Shown here: positions 41,011-51,836 of the stretch, piece after piece
Layout: every line of letters begins with the position of its first letter
Numbering within the stretch: position 1 is the stretch's first letter
Origin: Bacillota bacterium
GTDB taxonomy: Bacteria; Bacillota; UBA994; UBA5500
Length of the DNA: 64,000 nt
Direction: 5' to 3'
NCBI GenBank assembly: GCA_029781045.1
Contig: JAKOXL010000048.1
Location: 52,261 to 116,260 of the forward strand
Notes under the pieces: generated by a model
Database searches by the model: none
What the model saw: the letters and a program-made list of their open reading frames with translations, nothing else
What the model was told of the DNA's origin: nothing
Program-made: the position numbers and the translations under genes

Positions 41011-41568
41011 TTAGCCCTCCATCTGTTTACCTAAGAAGCTGGCAGCCGTCTCAGCCAGTTTGCTCTCCAGTTCACCAAAGAGCGCATCCGGGTCTTTACT
41101 GCAAATGATCACACAACCCAATGGATGGCCCTCGGCCACGATAGGGGACACAACTTGAGCTGTAAGCTTGCTCATACCATCCAAGAACTCGATGGCACTG
41201 CCCTGCCCCTTCGCTTCACCGGGGTTAACCATGATGGTACGTCTCTCTTCCATGGCGGTTTCCGCCAACTTGCCCAAAGGCTGGTTCATAAACTCCTTTT
41301 TCGAGGCACCGGCCACAGCGATAACCAAATCCCGGTCGGTGATCAAACAAGTGTGCCCCGTCGCTTCGTAGAGAGAATCCACGTACTGCTTGGCGAAATC
41401 CCCTAACTCACCGATAGGTGAATACTTTTTCAGAATAACCTCTCCATCGCGGTCTACAAAAATCTCCAACGGGTCGCCCTCACGAATCCGTAAGGTGCGG
41501 CGAATTTCCTTTGGTATCACAACACGCCCTAAATCGTCGATACGCCGGACGATGCCTGTTGCCTTCAT
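41011..41568 (-). CDS. spoVT: Stage V sporulation protein T (AbrB-N plus GAF domain)
   Basis: N-terminus MKATGIVRRIDDLGRVVIPKEIRRTLRIREGDPLEIFVD; 185 aa. Confidence 0.85.
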   Translation of the reverse strand: MKATGIVRRIDDLGRVVIPKEIRRTLRIREGDPLEIFVDRDGEVILKKYSPIGELGDFAKQYVDSLYEATGHTCLITDRDLVIAVAGASKKEFMNQPLGKLAETAMEERRTIMVNPGEAKGQGSAIEFLDGMSKLTAQVVSPIVAEGHPLGCVIICSKDPDALFGELESKLAETAASFLGKQMEG

Positions 41569-41681
41569 TGTTTCTGCCTCCTTAATAAGCTACTGACAGT
41601 TACAGGTAACTATAGTATTCAACCGGCCTTCTGCAATTATGCTCGAACACACGTTAAGAATGACACAAATGGCTAATACTG

Positions 41682-42644
41682 CTACCGCACCAGTAACAGG
41701 ACCAGCTTATCTCTCTGCAATTGCTCACGAAAATCGTTCCAGGCCTGATCCTGTTTCATCGCCAACACCCGCTCGCGAGCCTGTTTGGCTACTTGCTCAT
41801 AGGTCTGCTCCTTTGCCGGATCCTTGGCTTCTGCCCTAATAATATGGTACCCATGACTGGTAACAATAATCGGGCTTATTTGGCCCGGCTCCAGGGCAAA
41901 GGCCGCTTCCTCAAAGGCCGGCTCCATCTGCCCACGGCTAAACCATTGGAGCGAGCCTCCATAGGCGGCACTTTCTTCGTCTAAGGAATGCTTCTTTGCC
42001 AACAAGGCAAAATCCGCCCCCTGCATCAACTGAGCCAGTAGCTCCTCCGCCTTCTCCTTCTCAGCCACCAAAATGTGCGACACTTTCACCATTTCCGGCT
42101 GGTCAAAGCTGGATTTATGTTGTTCATAATAGGCCTTTGCTTCTTCTTCCTCAACGGTAATGCCAGCCACCACCTGCTCGTACAAACGATTTAGTAGCAA
42201 GTTGTTACCAAAATAGATGCGCAGGGCTTCCTCGTCTAGATTGTGACTGGCCAGCTTGGCCTGAAAACTCTCTAGATCTCCGGCAAACAAGTGGTCTTTG
42301 AGCCAACCCAGCAGCTGGTCAGCATACTCGGCCTGCTCCTCGGCAGTAGCTAAATCCTGGGCGGCCTCCAACAGTAGATACTCCTCCGCCAGTTGAACTA
42401 AGACTTGGCGCTTATTTTGCCTAGCAAAATCGGATTGGTAGTCGGCGGTATGGCCAAACTGCAAGTCATAGCTAAACTGAACGATGTTCAAGCGTTGCTC
42501 CAACTGGCTGGGAGTAATAAGCTTACCATCCACATACGCCGCCACTTGAGAAGAAATGACCAGGAAAATGGCAGCCAGCACAAGTAGGGCTATCACAGGG
42601 ATGACCCACGGCTTGGTGCGAGCCCAGCCAACAAAGTTACTCAT
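41682..42644 (-). CDS. Peptidyl-prolyl cis-trans isomerase (PrsA/SurA-like parvulin)
   Basis: Signal-anchor plus a parvulin domain (VSHILV). It sits in the yabK/prsA position between spoVT and mfd. Confidence 0.7.
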   Translation of the reverse strand: MSNFVGWARTKPWVIPVIALLVLAAIFLVISSQVAAYVDGKLITPSQLEQRLNIVQFSYDLQFGHTADYQSDFARQNKRQVLVQLAEEYLLLEAAQDLATAEEQAEYADQLLGWLKDHLFAGDLESFQAKLASHNLDEEALRIYFGNNLLLNRLYEQVVAGITVEEEEAKAYYEQHKSSFDQPEMVKVSHILVAEKEKAEELLAQLMQGADFALLAKKHSLDEESAAYGGSLQWFSRGQMEPAFEEAAFALEPGQISPIIVTSHGYHIIRAEAKDPAKEQTYEQVAKQARERVLAMKQDQAWNDFREQLQRDKLVLLLVR

Positions 42645-45600
42645 CTACCTCTGCCTCCTTTGGTACTTCCTCCAGCAGGTCACTCACGAGCCGCATCCAC
42701 TCCCGCGCAAAAGTGAGGGGACTGCTATTGGGTCTCTGCCAGACGAAGCTACCCGGCTTGTTAGGTTGTAGACGCAGCTGCCCATTGGTCCGTCGGAAAA
42801 GGTACTCTATCTGCATGGGCGTCAAGAAGGCTCGGGGTGCCAGTTGCATAAGCAGCGTACCGGTCTGCACTGCCAGCCGACTCACTCCTATTTGCTGGGC
42901 CAAGACGCGCATGCGAGCCACCAGCAGCAGGTTGCTCACACTCTCTGGCATGCGGCCATAGCGATCCAGCATTTCGTCCTCAATGTCATCCACATCCTCC
43001 AGCGTACTGATGGCCCTGATCTTCTTATACATCTCGATTTTCTGTTTGCCATCACGGATATAGCGATCGGGAATAAAGGCGTCAATCGGCAACTCTATCT
43101 CCACTTCGTGCTGGACTGGGGCTGGCTTGCCTTGCAGCTCTCTCACAGCCTCTTCCAACAACTGACAATAGAGATCAAAGCCCACCGCCATCATAAAGCC
43201 ATGCTGTTCGGGACCTAGAATATTGCCGGCACCGCGAATCTCCAAGTCGCGCATAGCGATTTTGAAGCCGGCTCCCAGCTCGGTGAACTCTTTGATGGCC
43301 TGCAGGCGTTTTTCCGCCACCTCCGAGAGGGTCTTTTCTGGCCTGTAAGTAAAGTAGGCAAAGGCCACCCGATTAGAGCGACCGACGCGACCCCGCAGCT
43401 GATAGAGTTGGGCCAGACCAAACTTGTCTGCGTCCTCTACTATCATGGTATTAACATTGGGGATATCTAGACCTGATTCAATAATGGTGGTGCTAACCAA
43501 AACATCATATTCGCCTTCAATAAAATCCAACATGAGGCGTTCTAACCGTTCCTCCGACATGCGGCCATGGCCGTAGGCAATACGGGCCTCGGGCACCAGC
43601 TTCTGCAGTCGGTCCACCACGTGGCGAATACTGCGCACCCTGTTATGGACGTAATAGACCTGCCCCTGCCGGGCCAGTTCGCGACGGATAGCGCTGCGCA
43701 CCAACTCATCGTTATACTCTACTACATAAGTTTGCACAGGAAAACGATCTTCCGGTGGTGTTTCTATTACGCTCATATCACGCATCCCCACCATAGCCAT
43801 ATGTAACGTGCGGGGAATGGGAGTGGCCGTTAGAGTCAAGGTATCCACATTCTCTTTTAACATCTTCAGCTTTTCCTTATGGGCCACACCGAAGCGCTGT
43901 TCTTCATCGATAATGAGCAATCCCAGGTCGAAAAACTTAACGTCCTTTTGTAGGAGACGGTGGGTGCCCACCACCACATCCACCAGCCCTTGGGATAGTC
44001 GTCTTACGGTTTCCTTGTTCTCCGCAGGACTCCGGAAACGAGATAGAATACCTATTTCAATTGGAAAACCAGCAAACCGCTCCTTAAAGGTGGCGTAATG
44101 TTGTTCTGCCAAAATGGTAGTAGGCACCAGTACGGCCACTTGTTTCCCGGCTGTGGCTACTTTGAAAGCAGCCCGCACCGCCACCTCCGTCTTGCCATAA
44201 CCCACGTCACCGCAAAGCAGGCGATCCATAGGTCGAGGTGCCTCCAAGTCACTCTTGATGGCCGCAATAGCCTTTAGCTGATCCTCCGTTTCTTGATAGG
44301 GGAAACGGGCTTCCATCTGGGCTTGCCACTCATTGTCGGGCGGGAAATTATAACCTTCTGTGTTCTGTCGCGCCGCATAGAGAGACAGCAACTCTTTCGC
44401 CATCTGCTGCACCGACTGCTTAACTCGGGTTTTGACCTTCTGCCAGTCACCGCCACCCAAGCTATAGATCTTGGGAGTTCGGCCCTCGGCCCCCACGTAT
44501 TTTTGTAATAGCTGAATCTGGTCAGTGGGCACATACAACCGATCTTCACCGGCATATCGAATCTGCAAATAATCGCGGTGCAGCCCATCAATCTCCAGAG
44601 TCTTAATGCCCATATATTGGCCAATGCCATGTTGCACGTGCACCACATAGTCACCCACCGCCAAATCCCGATAGTCGGCTAGACGAGCACCCTCTGCCTT
44701 GCTTAGTCGCACTGGTTTGCTAGTGCGTAACCGTTGCAAGACATTGTCATAGGTAAATACGCACAGACGGGCATCGGGTATTTCGAAGCCGGTAGTCAGA
44801 CTTCCCGGAGCTAAATTGACCGCTCCTACTTGCAGCTGTTCCTCGGCAGTGACGATGGTCACCTTATCAGCAATCTCGTTTTGCAGGTAAGCGCTTACCC
44901 GCTGCTGCTGCTCCCCATTGCCACCCATAAGCACCAGATAATAGTTGCTAGCCAAGAGCCGATCCACTTCCTGACGCAAAAGAGATGACTGCCCATGAAA
45001 ATTGGGCACCGACTTGGTCTGCAGCGACACATGCCGGTTAATCTGCCAGGGGGCTGGTCGGCGCGGAAAGAGGGCCAAGAACAGGGTTCGCCCAAGAGGG
45101 AGGCGTCGCAGCAGCTCTTCTGGCTCAAAGGCAATCTGCTCCTGTTCGGGTAGCAACCTCCCGTTACTCAAGAGATCGGTAAAACCATCTAGGAAGAATT
45201 TGTAGTCTTCCTGGGCCTGTTCCCAAACCTTGGTGGGCTCATCAATCACCACTTGGGCGTCAGGGGGCAAGTAGTCCAATAGGCTCCAAGGCTGATCAAC
45301 AAAGAAGGGCAGATAGCGTTCCTTGCCAGCAAAGACTAACCCCTCTTGCAATTTCTCCAAATCGGCTCCCACGTGTTCCCTGAGGTGGCTGGCCAAAGAG
45401 GAGTTCGCCTGCAGAGCCCTGTCGAAGGCAGCCTGCAAACGCTGCAGACCAGCTCCATTGGCAGTGGCCGGCCAGATAATCTCCTGTGCCGGCAGAATAA
45501 GGACACTTCTGATGTTCTCCAGCGAGCGTTGACTGGTCAGATCAAACTCCTTGATCAGATCTATCTCATCACCAAAAAACTCTATACGCACGGGTCCATC

Positions 45601-46164
45601 ATATCCTGGACCGTACACATCCAAAATACCACCCCGCTGGCTGAACTGGCCAGGCCGCTCCACCAGATGTACCCGCTCATAACCGCCCTGCACCAAAATG
45701 CTGGTTAACTCCTCTAGGGAGATCTGTTGGCCGTAGCTCAGTTGCAGCCCCTGAGAGCTAAAAATGGAAGGAGCCGGCAGCTGGTATTGCAAGGCATCGA
45801 TGGAGGTAACTACCAGACAGCGTTGGCCACTGCTCAAAGCGAAGAGGGTCTTTTGCCGCTCGGCAACTAGCTCAGGGCTGGAGGCGGCAATGCCATAGAG
45901 AGGGTTTTCTCGAGCAGGAAAGAGCAGCACCTTTTCCTCCGGCAAGAGGGTTTGGAGGTCACTCCATACTTGCTCTGCCAAGTTGAAGCTAGGAGCTATA
46001 TAGAGCAAGCTGGAATTCTGTCGATCGTAGAGAGCCGCCGTCAGAAAACCCTTGGCAGACCCTGTGATGCCAGAGATCAACAAGTTGCTATCTTTAGCAC
46101 CTATGTTTTGCAGAATCTCCTCCCAGCCTTTGCTCTGCGCAAGTAGGGCCAATACACTCTTCAC
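42637..46164 (-). CDS. mfd: Transcription-repair coupling factor
   Basis: About 1175 aa; UvrB-homology, RID, DEAD/helicase and TRCF domains. The GTG start with an AGGAGG RBS was chosen so the gene no longer overlaps pth. Confidence 0.9.
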   Translation of the reverse strand: MKSVLALLAQSKGWEEILQNIGAKDSNLLISGITGSAKGFLTAALYDRQNSSLLYIAPSFNLAEQVWSDLQTLLPEEKVLLFPARENPLYGIAASSPELVAERQKTLFALSSGQRCLVVTSIDALQYQLPAPSIFSSQGLQLSYGQQISLEELTSILVQGGYERVHLVERPGQFSQRGGILDVYGPGYDGPVRIEFFGDEIDLIKEFDLTSQRSLENIRSVLILPAQEIIWPATANGAGLQRLQAAFDRALQANSSLASHLREHVGADLEKLQEGLVFAGKERYLPFFVDQPWSLLDYLPPDAQVVIDEPTKVWEQAQEDYKFFLDGFTDLLSNGRLLPEQEQIAFEPEELLRRLPLGRTLFLALFPRRPAPWQINRHVSLQTKSVPNFHGQSSLLRQEVDRLLASNYYLVLMGGNGEQQQRVSAYLQNEIADKVTIVTAEEQLQVGAVNLAPGSLTTGFEIPDARLCVFTYDNVLQRLRTSKPVRLSKAEGARLADYRDLAVGDYVVHVQHGIGQYMGIKTLEIDGLHRDYLQIRYAGEDRLYVPTDQIQLLQKYVGAEGRTPKIYSLGGGDWQKVKTRVKQSVQQMAKELLSLYAARQNTEGYNFPPDNEWQAQMEARFPYQETEDQLKAIAAIKSDLEAPRPMDRLLCGDVGYGKTEVAVRAAFKVATAGKQVAVLVPTTILAEQHYATFKERFAGFPIEIGILSRFRSPAENKETVRRLSQGLVDVVVGTHRLLQKDVKFFDLGLLIIDEEQRFGVAHKEKLKMLKENVDTLTLTATPIPRTLHMAMVGMRDMSVIETPPEDRFPVQTYVVEYNDELVRSAIRRELARQGQVYYVHNRVRSIRHVVDRLQKLVPEARIAYGHGRMSEERLERLMLDFIEGEYDVLVSTTIIESGLDIPNVNTMIVEDADKFGLAQLYQLRGRVGRSNRVAFAYFTYRPEKTLSEVAEKRLQAIKEFTELGAGFKIAMRDLEIRGAGNILGPEQHGFMMAVGFDLYCQLLEEAVRELQGKPAPVQHEVEIELPIDAFIPDRYIRDGKQKIEMYKKIRAISTLEDVDDIEDEMLDRYGRMPESVSNLLLVARMRVLAQQIGVSRLAVQTGTLLMQLAPRAFLTPMQIEYLFRRTNGQLRLQPNKPGSFVWQRPNSSPLTFAREWMRLVSDLLEEVPKEAEVDE

Positions 46165-46183
46165 CAAATCCCCTCCTGTATCA

Positions 46184-46741
46184 TCAGCCGTTAAAACGCG
46201 ATGCCGCCAGCTCCAGCCCTGCTTCAATCCAAAGGGCAATGGCATCGCAGGCCCTTTCCACCGCCTCCTCTAGAACTGGCAGCTCATCCTTAGCAAAGGG
46301 TTCCAAGACATAATCCACAACTTCCTTGGCCTCGGGTCGTCCGATACCTATCCGTAGACGGTGGATTTCCTGACTCTCCAGGGTTTCTATCACCGAGCCA
46401 ATTCCCTTATGGCCACCGGCACTGCCGGCTGCACGCAGGCGAATTTTCCCTAAAGGCAAATCCAAGTCATCATAAACAATGAGAATATCAGTCAATGTCA
46501 ACTGCAGGTGGCGCATAGCATAACTGACGGCAGCCCCACTGCGGTTCATGTAGGTAGTCGGTTGCAGCAGAGTGACCGCTTGACCGGATATATGTCCTTG
46601 CCCGTAAATGGCGGGCCCTAAACTACCATTCACCTTGATCTGATGCCGTTTAGCCAGTTGGCTAATGACACGAAAGCCCACGTTGTGGCGCGTATCTTTA
46701 TACCTAAGACCAGGATTCCCCAATCCTACTATGAGTTTCAA
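46184..46741 (-). CDS. pth: Peptidyl-tRNA hydrolase
   Basis: LKLIVGLGNPG; TTG start after GGAGAGGG. Confidence 0.85.
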   Translation of the reverse strand: MKLIVGLGNPGLRYKDTRHNVGFRVISQLAKRHQIKVNGSLGPAIYGQGHISGQAVTLLQPTTYMNRSGAAVSYAMRHLQLTLTDILIVYDDLDLPLGKIRLRAAGSAGGHKGIGSVIETLESQEIHRLRIGIGRPEAKEVVDYVLEPFAKDELPVLEEAVERACDAIALWIEAGLELAASRFNG

Positions 46742-46830
46742 ATGGTATCCCTCTCCTTCCATTTACAACAAGGGAAAAGAAGAGTACAGCAAGAACTTGC
46801 TGCACTCTTAGCTCAAGAAGTCGATTAACT

Positions 46831-47445
46831 CTAGGCTTCTGGCTCACCAGCGGGTTCCTCGGCAGCTTCACTCTTCTCCTCAGCCTCTTCCGGAGACGGG
46901 TCTTGCACGCTGGCAACCACGCCCACCACCATTTCCTCTGGACTGCTGATTACCTCCACGCCCGACGGTATGTTCAAGTCTCCTACGGTGATGATTTGTC
47001 CCACCTCTAGCTCGGACACATCCACATCAACGCTGGCAGGCATCTGGGCTGGCTTGGCTTTCAACTCAATTTCCAGCAGACCATATTGCAATGGGGCCCC
47101 ACTTGTCCCCACGATGCGAACCGGAACGGTGGCTCTTACTTCCTCATCTTGCTCCACCACCAAAAGGTCAATGTGGCGCAAGTCCCGCTTGATTTTATCG
47201 TATTGTATTTCGCGGGGCAAAACTAAATGCCTACTGCCGTCATCCAGTTGTAAGGTGAAGAAAGCGCTACCTGAGTTCCTACTGAGGGCCGCCGCCAGTT
47301 GCCGCTCGGAGATTTGTATCGGCACGCGCAAGTTGGCCGATCCGCCATACACTATGCCAGGAACAAACCCTTGCTGACGAAGACTCTTGAGAGCACCCTT
47401 ACTCCCAGTCTGTCGCACTGACGCTTGAATCGTCACTGAAGACAT
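46831..47445 (-). CDS. ctc: 50S ribosomal protein L25 / general stress protein Ctc
   Basis: L25 beta-barrel plus the acidic Ctc tail. Confidence 0.85.
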   Translation of the reverse strand: MSSVTIQASVRQTGSKGALKSLRQQGFVPGIVYGGSANLRVPIQISERQLAAALSRNSGSAFFTLQLDDGSRHLVLPREIQYDKIKRDLRHIDLLVVEQDEEVRATVPVRIVGTSGAPLQYGLLEIELKAKPAQMPASVDVDVSELEVGQIITVGDLNIPSGVEVISSPEEMVVGVVASVQDPSPEEAEEKSEAAEEPAGEPEA

Positions 47446-47474
47446 CTTATCTCCTCCTTTACGTGGTGGGTTTA

Positions 47475-48419
47475 TCAGGCAAATATGGTACTAACGGAAA
47501 GGTCGCGATGGATATTACTAATAGCTTGTCCAAATAAGGGGGCCACTGATAGCTGCTTGATTAGAGGAATACGCTTATCGGCGCCGAGGGGGATGGTATT
47601 GGTAATCACAACCTCCTTAATAGGCGAAGCCGCTAAACGTTCCAAGGCGGGAGGAGAAAGCACCCCGTGGGTGCAGCAAGCATATACCTCTAAGGCCCCT
47701 TTATCCAGTAACGCTTGGGCCGCCTGGGTGATGGTACCCGCCGTATCAATAATATCGTCAATCAATATCACCCGTTTGTTGGCCACTTTGCCAATAATGT
47801 GCATTACCTGGGATACGTTGGGCTCGGGCCGATACTTGTCTACGATGGCGATAGGAACTCCCAACCTATCCGCCAAGTTACGAGCACGAGTAACGCCCCC
47901 CAAATCGGGGGAGACCACTACCATGTCCTCCCCACCAAGGTTGGAAAAGTAGTCGGCGATGATGGGCATAGCCAAGAGATGGTCCACCGGAATATCGAAA
48001 AACCCTTGGATCTGGCCCGCATGTAAGTCCATGGTAACCACCCGATCCACCCCGGCTACTGTGAGCAAATTGGCCACCAACTTGGCTGTAATGGGATCAC
48101 GGGGGCGGGCTTTTCGATCCTGCCGTGCATACCCATAGTAAGGAATCACGGCTGTAATACGGTCGGCCGATGCCCGACGCAGGGCGTCGATGGTAACCAG
48201 TAGTTCCATCAGATGCTCGTTTACAGGTGCGCACGTGGGTTGAATAACGAACACGTCGGCACCGCGTACACTTTCATTTATCCGGATCTGTACTTCCCCG
48301 TCGCGAAAACGCATTACTTCGCAATCGCCCAGAGGCAAATCTAGCCAAGACGCTATCTCTTCCGCTAATGCCCGGTTGGCATTACAAGTAAACAGCTTAA
48401 GTGGTCTGGAAAATGACAC
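47475..48419 (-). CDS. prs: Ribose-phosphate pyrophosphokinase
   Basis: 314 aa; PRPP-binding [13 protein letters not shown]. Confidence 0.95.
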   Translation of the reverse strand: MSFSRPLKLFTCNANRALAEEIASWLDLPLGDCEVMRFRDGEVQIRINESVRGADVFVIQPTCAPVNEHLMELLVTIDALRRASADRITAVIPYYGYARQDRKARPRDPITAKLVANLLTVAGVDRVVTMDLHAGQIQGFFDIPVDHLLAMPIIADYFSNLGGEDMVVVSPDLGGVTRARNLADRLGVPIAIVDKYRPEPNVSQVMHIIGKVANKRVILIDDIIDTAGTITQAAQALLDKGALEVYACCTHGVLSPPALERLAASPIKEVVITNTIPLGADKRIPLIKQLSVAPLFGQAISNIHRDLSVSTIFA

Positions 48420-48431
48420 GGCCCACCCCTC

Positions 48432-49799
48432 CTATTCCTTCTGCCGACGTCTAAGGACCCAACCTTCCTTGTTCTCCTGCCGAGAGCGCGCCACAGCCAA
48501 AGCGTCGGCCGGAACATCTTTCGTGACCGTGGAGCCTGCAGCTATAAAGGCATTTCTACCAATCTGGACTGGGGCAACCAGGTTGCTGTTACAGCCTATG
48601 AAGGCCCCATCCTCCACCAGCGTACGATGCTTATTGAGCCCATCGTAGTTAACAAAAATGGTTCCGGCGCCCACATTTACGCCAGTACCTATGGTGGCGT
48701 CGCCCACATAACTCAGGTGAGGGACTTTACTGCCTTCACCAATCTGGCTATTCTTAAGCTCTACAAAGTCACCCACTTTCACCCCCGGCGCCAGAACCGT
48801 CTGGGGACGCAGATGGGCATATGGTCCGATAAGGCAATTGTCACCAATAGTGCATTGCCGCGCCACCGAGTGTTCTATGCTTACTCCATTCCCTACTTGG
48901 CAGTCAACCATGTGGGTGTAGGGTCCAATAACACAGTCGCGTCCGATTGTGGTTTTACCCTGCAAAACGACCCCTGGATAAATGATGGTGTCCTGTCCAA
49001 TGGTCACATCCGCGTCAATCAGGCAAGACTCGGGATGAAGGAAAGTTACGCCATTAAGCATTAACTGTTCCCGAATACGCTGGCGCAAAATACCCTCGGC
49101 CTCGGCCAGACGCACCCGGTCGTTAATACCCAGCGCCTCACGAACATCTTCCAGCAAGCAACTGGCTATACGGCCGCCCTGCCGATAAAGGGCAGCAATG
49201 ACATCGGTCAAATAGTACTCTCCTTGAGCATTATTATTAGTTAGCTGACCTAAGGCCTGAAACAGCTTGTCGGCTCGGAAGCAATAGAAGCCGGTGTTTA
49301 TCTCGCGAATAGCCAACTGCTCTGGCGTGGCATCTTTAGCTTCCACCAAACCGCAAACCTGACCATTGGCATCCCGCAGTATCCGACCATAATCACCCGC
49401 ATGGGGCAAAATCGCCGTAAGTACGGTCACATCCGCATCTGCTTCCCTGTGAATCTGTTGCATACGTTGCAGAGTGGCACCGGTGATTAGCGGTGTATCA
49501 CCACAGAGCACAAACACATGGGGTTCCTGCTGATAATAGGGGGCAACTTGCAGTGCCGCATGGCCTGTACCCAACTGTTCTTCCTGTAGTACATAGGTAT
49601 ATCCATCGCCTAAGTGGGCTTTAACCTGCTCCGCATCATTGCCAATCACCACATAGAAGCGGGAAATACCAATACTGCGACAAGCAGCGATCACATGTTC
49701 TACCAAAGGTTTACCGCACAGATTATGTAAAACCTTGTTGGTCTTGGATTTCATGCGCTTACCCACACCGGCAGCTAAAATAATGGCGCCCGTTTGCAA
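48432..49799 (-). CDS. glmU: Bifunctional GlcNAc-1-P uridyltransferase / GlcN-1-P acetyltransferase
   Basis: MQTGAIILAAGVGKRM followed by the left-handed beta-helix hexapeptide repeats. Confidence 0.95.
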   Translation of the reverse strand: MQTGAIILAAGVGKRMKSKTNKVLHNLCGKPLVEHVIAACRSIGISRFYVVIGNDAEQVKAHLGDGYTYVLQEEQLGTGHAALQVAPYYQQEPHVFVLCGDTPLITGATLQRMQQIHREADADVTVLTAILPHAGDYGRILRDANGQVCGLVEAKDATPEQLAIREINTGFYCFRADKLFQALGQLTNNNAQGEYYLTDVIAALYRQGGRIASCLLEDVREALGINDRVRLAEAEGILRQRIREQLMLNGVTFLHPESCLIDADVTIGQDTIIYPGVVLQGKTTIGRDCVIGPYTHMVDCQVGNGVSIEHSVARQCTIGDNCLIGPYAHLRPQTVLAPGVKVGDFVELKNSQIGEGSKVPHLSYVGDATIGTGVNVGAGTIFVNYDGLNKHRTLVEDGAFIGCNSNLVAPVQIGRNAFIAAGSTVTKDVPADALAVARSRQENKEGWVLRRRQKE

Positions 49800-49898
49800 A
49801 TGCGCTCATCCCCTTCCCAGATTGCTCCAAAGCTACTGTTCTTATTATATACTAATGTGCTTAGAGCGCCAAAAGTGCCCAGACATGGCCTTAAAGGG

Positions 49899-49926
49899 TA
49901 AAGAAAAAGAGCCCCGTTTGGGCTCT
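49899..49926 (-). terminator. Terminator abutting the spoVG stop codon
   Basis: Minus strand reads AGAGCCC-AAAC-GGGGCTCT followed by TTTTCTT. Confidence 0.5.
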
Positions 49927-50191
49927 AGGATACGCTGGCTATCTGCCGCTCGTAGGCTGCCAGTACTGCTTGCTGCAATTTTTCGCGGGTTGCTGAGTTG
50001 ATTGGATGGGCAATATCCCTGAACTCGCCTTCGGGTGTCTTGCGGCTAGGCATAGCCACAAACAGACCATTATTCCCATCGACGATTCGTACATCATGAA
50101 TCACGAACTCATCGTCGAGTGTTATAGAGACTATCGCCTTCATGCGCCCTTCTGTGTTAATTTTGCGAATACGTACATCGGTTATTATCAC
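49925..50191 (-). CDS. spoVG: Septation / sporulation regulator SpoVG
   Basis: [38 protein letters not shown] start 8 nt after AAAGGGG; the track ORF runs 27 codons too far upstream. Confidence 0.85.
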   Translation of the reverse strand: MIITDVRIRKINTEGRMKAIVSITLDDEFVIHDVRIVDGNNGLFVAMPSRKTPEGEFRDIAHPINSATREKLQQAVLAAYERQIASVS

Positions 50192-50358
50192 ACATTTCAC
50201 CCCTTTGCATTTCTTGGCTGTTCCTTTAGTATCATTCGCCGTCGATGTAGGCTTTCCCTTCCTAACTCTCATAATTTTTGCAAGAAATTCTTTGTATTGT
50301 TTAGCCTTAGTAGTGAAATACTAAACCTGCTGTTTCAGCAAATCTGCCAAGGGGAGGA

Positions 50359-50895
50359 ATGAAAGTGCAGAAGACAGTAATCGGTCTATTCACCTCTGAA
50401 GATGCGGCACGTGAAGCTATCTCCACCCTGCGTAAACGGGGCTATACGGAGAACGAAATCAACTTGGTGCAAAAGGACAATAGCGGTGCCGCTGCTCGTG
50501 GCATAAGCAACTCTATTGAAGAGATAATCCCTGACAGGAACGTCGGTGACATGGCTGATGATATGGGCATGGATGGCGTGACAACGGGTGCCACTTGGGG
50601 TGGCCTGGCTGGATTGGCTTTGGGGGCTGGCGCTCTGGCGGTGCCCGGCGTTGGTCCGTTACTGGCAGCCGGTCCCATTGCAGGAGCCTTAACTGGAGCC
50701 GCCACCGGCGGTCTAGCTGGTGGACTATTAGACTGGGGTATCCCGGAAGACCGGGGGCAGCACTACGAGCGGCGCGTTAAGGAAGGCGATCTGTTAGCCA
50801 TTGTCAAGGTGAGCAACGAAGATAGGGCGAAAGAGGCCAGCACCATTCTGCGCAACAATGGAGCCAAGGACGTGGAAGTACACGACGCTCGCTAA
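50359..50895 (+). CDS. YflT/GSP17M-like general stress protein with a central Gly-zipper segment
   Basis: N-terminus VIGLFTSEDAAREAISTLRKRGYTENEINLV is DUF1269/YflT-like. The G/A-rich TM-like zipper is GGLAGLALGAGALAVPGVGPLLAAGPIAG. Confidence 0.5.
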   Translation: MKVQKTVIGLFTSEDAAREAISTLRKRGYTENEINLVQKDNSGAAARGISNSIEEIIPDRNVGDMADDMGMDGVTTGATWGGLAGLALGAGALAVPGVGPLLAAGPIAGALTGAATGGLAGGLLDWGIPEDRGQHYERRVKEGDLLAIVKVSNEDRAKEASTILRNNGAKDVEVHDAR

Positions 50896-50898
50896 AGC

Positions 50899-50930
50899 AA
50901 AAGGGGACTGTCGCAAAAAACAGTCCCCTT
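50899..50930. terminator. Bidirectional terminator between convergent genes
   Basis: AAAA-GGGGACTGT-CGCAAAAAA-CAGTCCCC-TTCTCTTT. Confidence 0.5.
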
Positions 50931-51048
50931 CTCTTTCGTTGTATTGCGTAGGGCCGTGGTCATAGGTTGAGCTGCCCTTCCTTACCTCCTGGCTCTTTGG
51001 ATTACGCTGTGGGTATGTCCAACGCTAAGGCCCCAGAACGTCTTCTTT

Positions 51049-51813
51049 TCAATTGCCGGCTGCTAAAACTCGGCGGGCCAGTTCCAGATCGCTGTCCTTA
51101 TCCACATCGGTACCTATTTCCGGGTAACTACAGTAGATGGCTACGCCTTTGATACGCAAAATACTGGAAAGACGCTGTTCTAGTTCCTGGACGCTGAGCA
51201 GACCGAGCGCTAAGCGGATAACAAAAATAATCCCTGGCAACCCAAATGTCAAAAGCATTTTCACCGGGTTCTTCCGTTCCATAACCAACCTGCGGAAAAC
51301 CTGAGCAAGAGGAATGGCCTGCTTGGGGTTGACGATTATGATATTACCGCCCGTAAAGGACCCATTTTTGAGTTTGAGATAGGTGCGTTTGACGCCGGGG
51401 TAACGTTTTTCGCAATCGACACGGCTGATGATCGGGTAATAAAGGTCCGCTTCCCGCTCGCTGACGGCTTCAAAGAGAGCGGATAAGGCCTCTGGCGTCA
51501 GCATCGGAATGTCGGATGTACAGACTAGGACTTTGCGATCCTGCGGCAGTTCCTGTACTGCGGTCAAGACGTTATCCACTATGTCCCCTTGCTCCGGTAG
51601 AACGCGAATACCGTCACTCGGCAACAAGTCGGTTAAGGCATCCACCGGACCTACTACTATAATCTGATCAATTCGCGGGCACTCTCGGAGTGCTGCCACA
51701 ACGTAAGTAATCATGGGCAGATCGTTGATGGGCAAAAAGGCTTTATTGTTTACACCGTGTCGCCTAGCCCATTCATCATCTTTCGTGCCACCCGCCAACA
51801 CTATAGCATGCAT
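51049..51813 (-). CDS. Nucleotidyltransferase (MobA-like NTP-transferase) family protein
   Basis: MHAIVLAGGTKDD is the glycine-rich NTP-binding loop. 254 aa, ATG 7 nt after GGAGGGG. Confidence 0.55.
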   Translation of the reverse strand: MHAIVLAGGTKDDEWARRHGVNNKAFLPINDLPMITYVVAALRECPRIDQIIVVGPVDALTDLLPSDGIRVLPEQGDIVDNVLTAVQELPQDRKVLVCTSDIPMLTPEALSALFEAVSEREADLYYPIISRVDCEKRYPGVKRTYLKLKNGSFTGGNIIIVNPKQAIPLAQVFRRLVMERKNPVKMLLTFGLPGIIFVIRLALGLLSVQELEQRLSSILRIKGVAIYCSYPEIGTDVDKDSDLELARRVLAAGN

Positions 51814-51836
51814 AGACACACCCCTCCGCATTTACC

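Noticed and set aside
41569-41681. Sigma-G promoter upstream of spoVT
   Set aside because: TGAATA is present, but the downstream -10 (GTCAGTAGC) does not match CATAnnTA, so the call is too weak to report as a feature.
46165-46245. Apparent 62-nt overlap between mfd and pth, and a 27-codon N-terminal extension of mfd
   Set aside because: It is resolved by the GTG start at 46164, 7 nt after AGGAGG. This gives an Mfd N-terminus that aligns with B. subtilis Mfd and removes the overlap.
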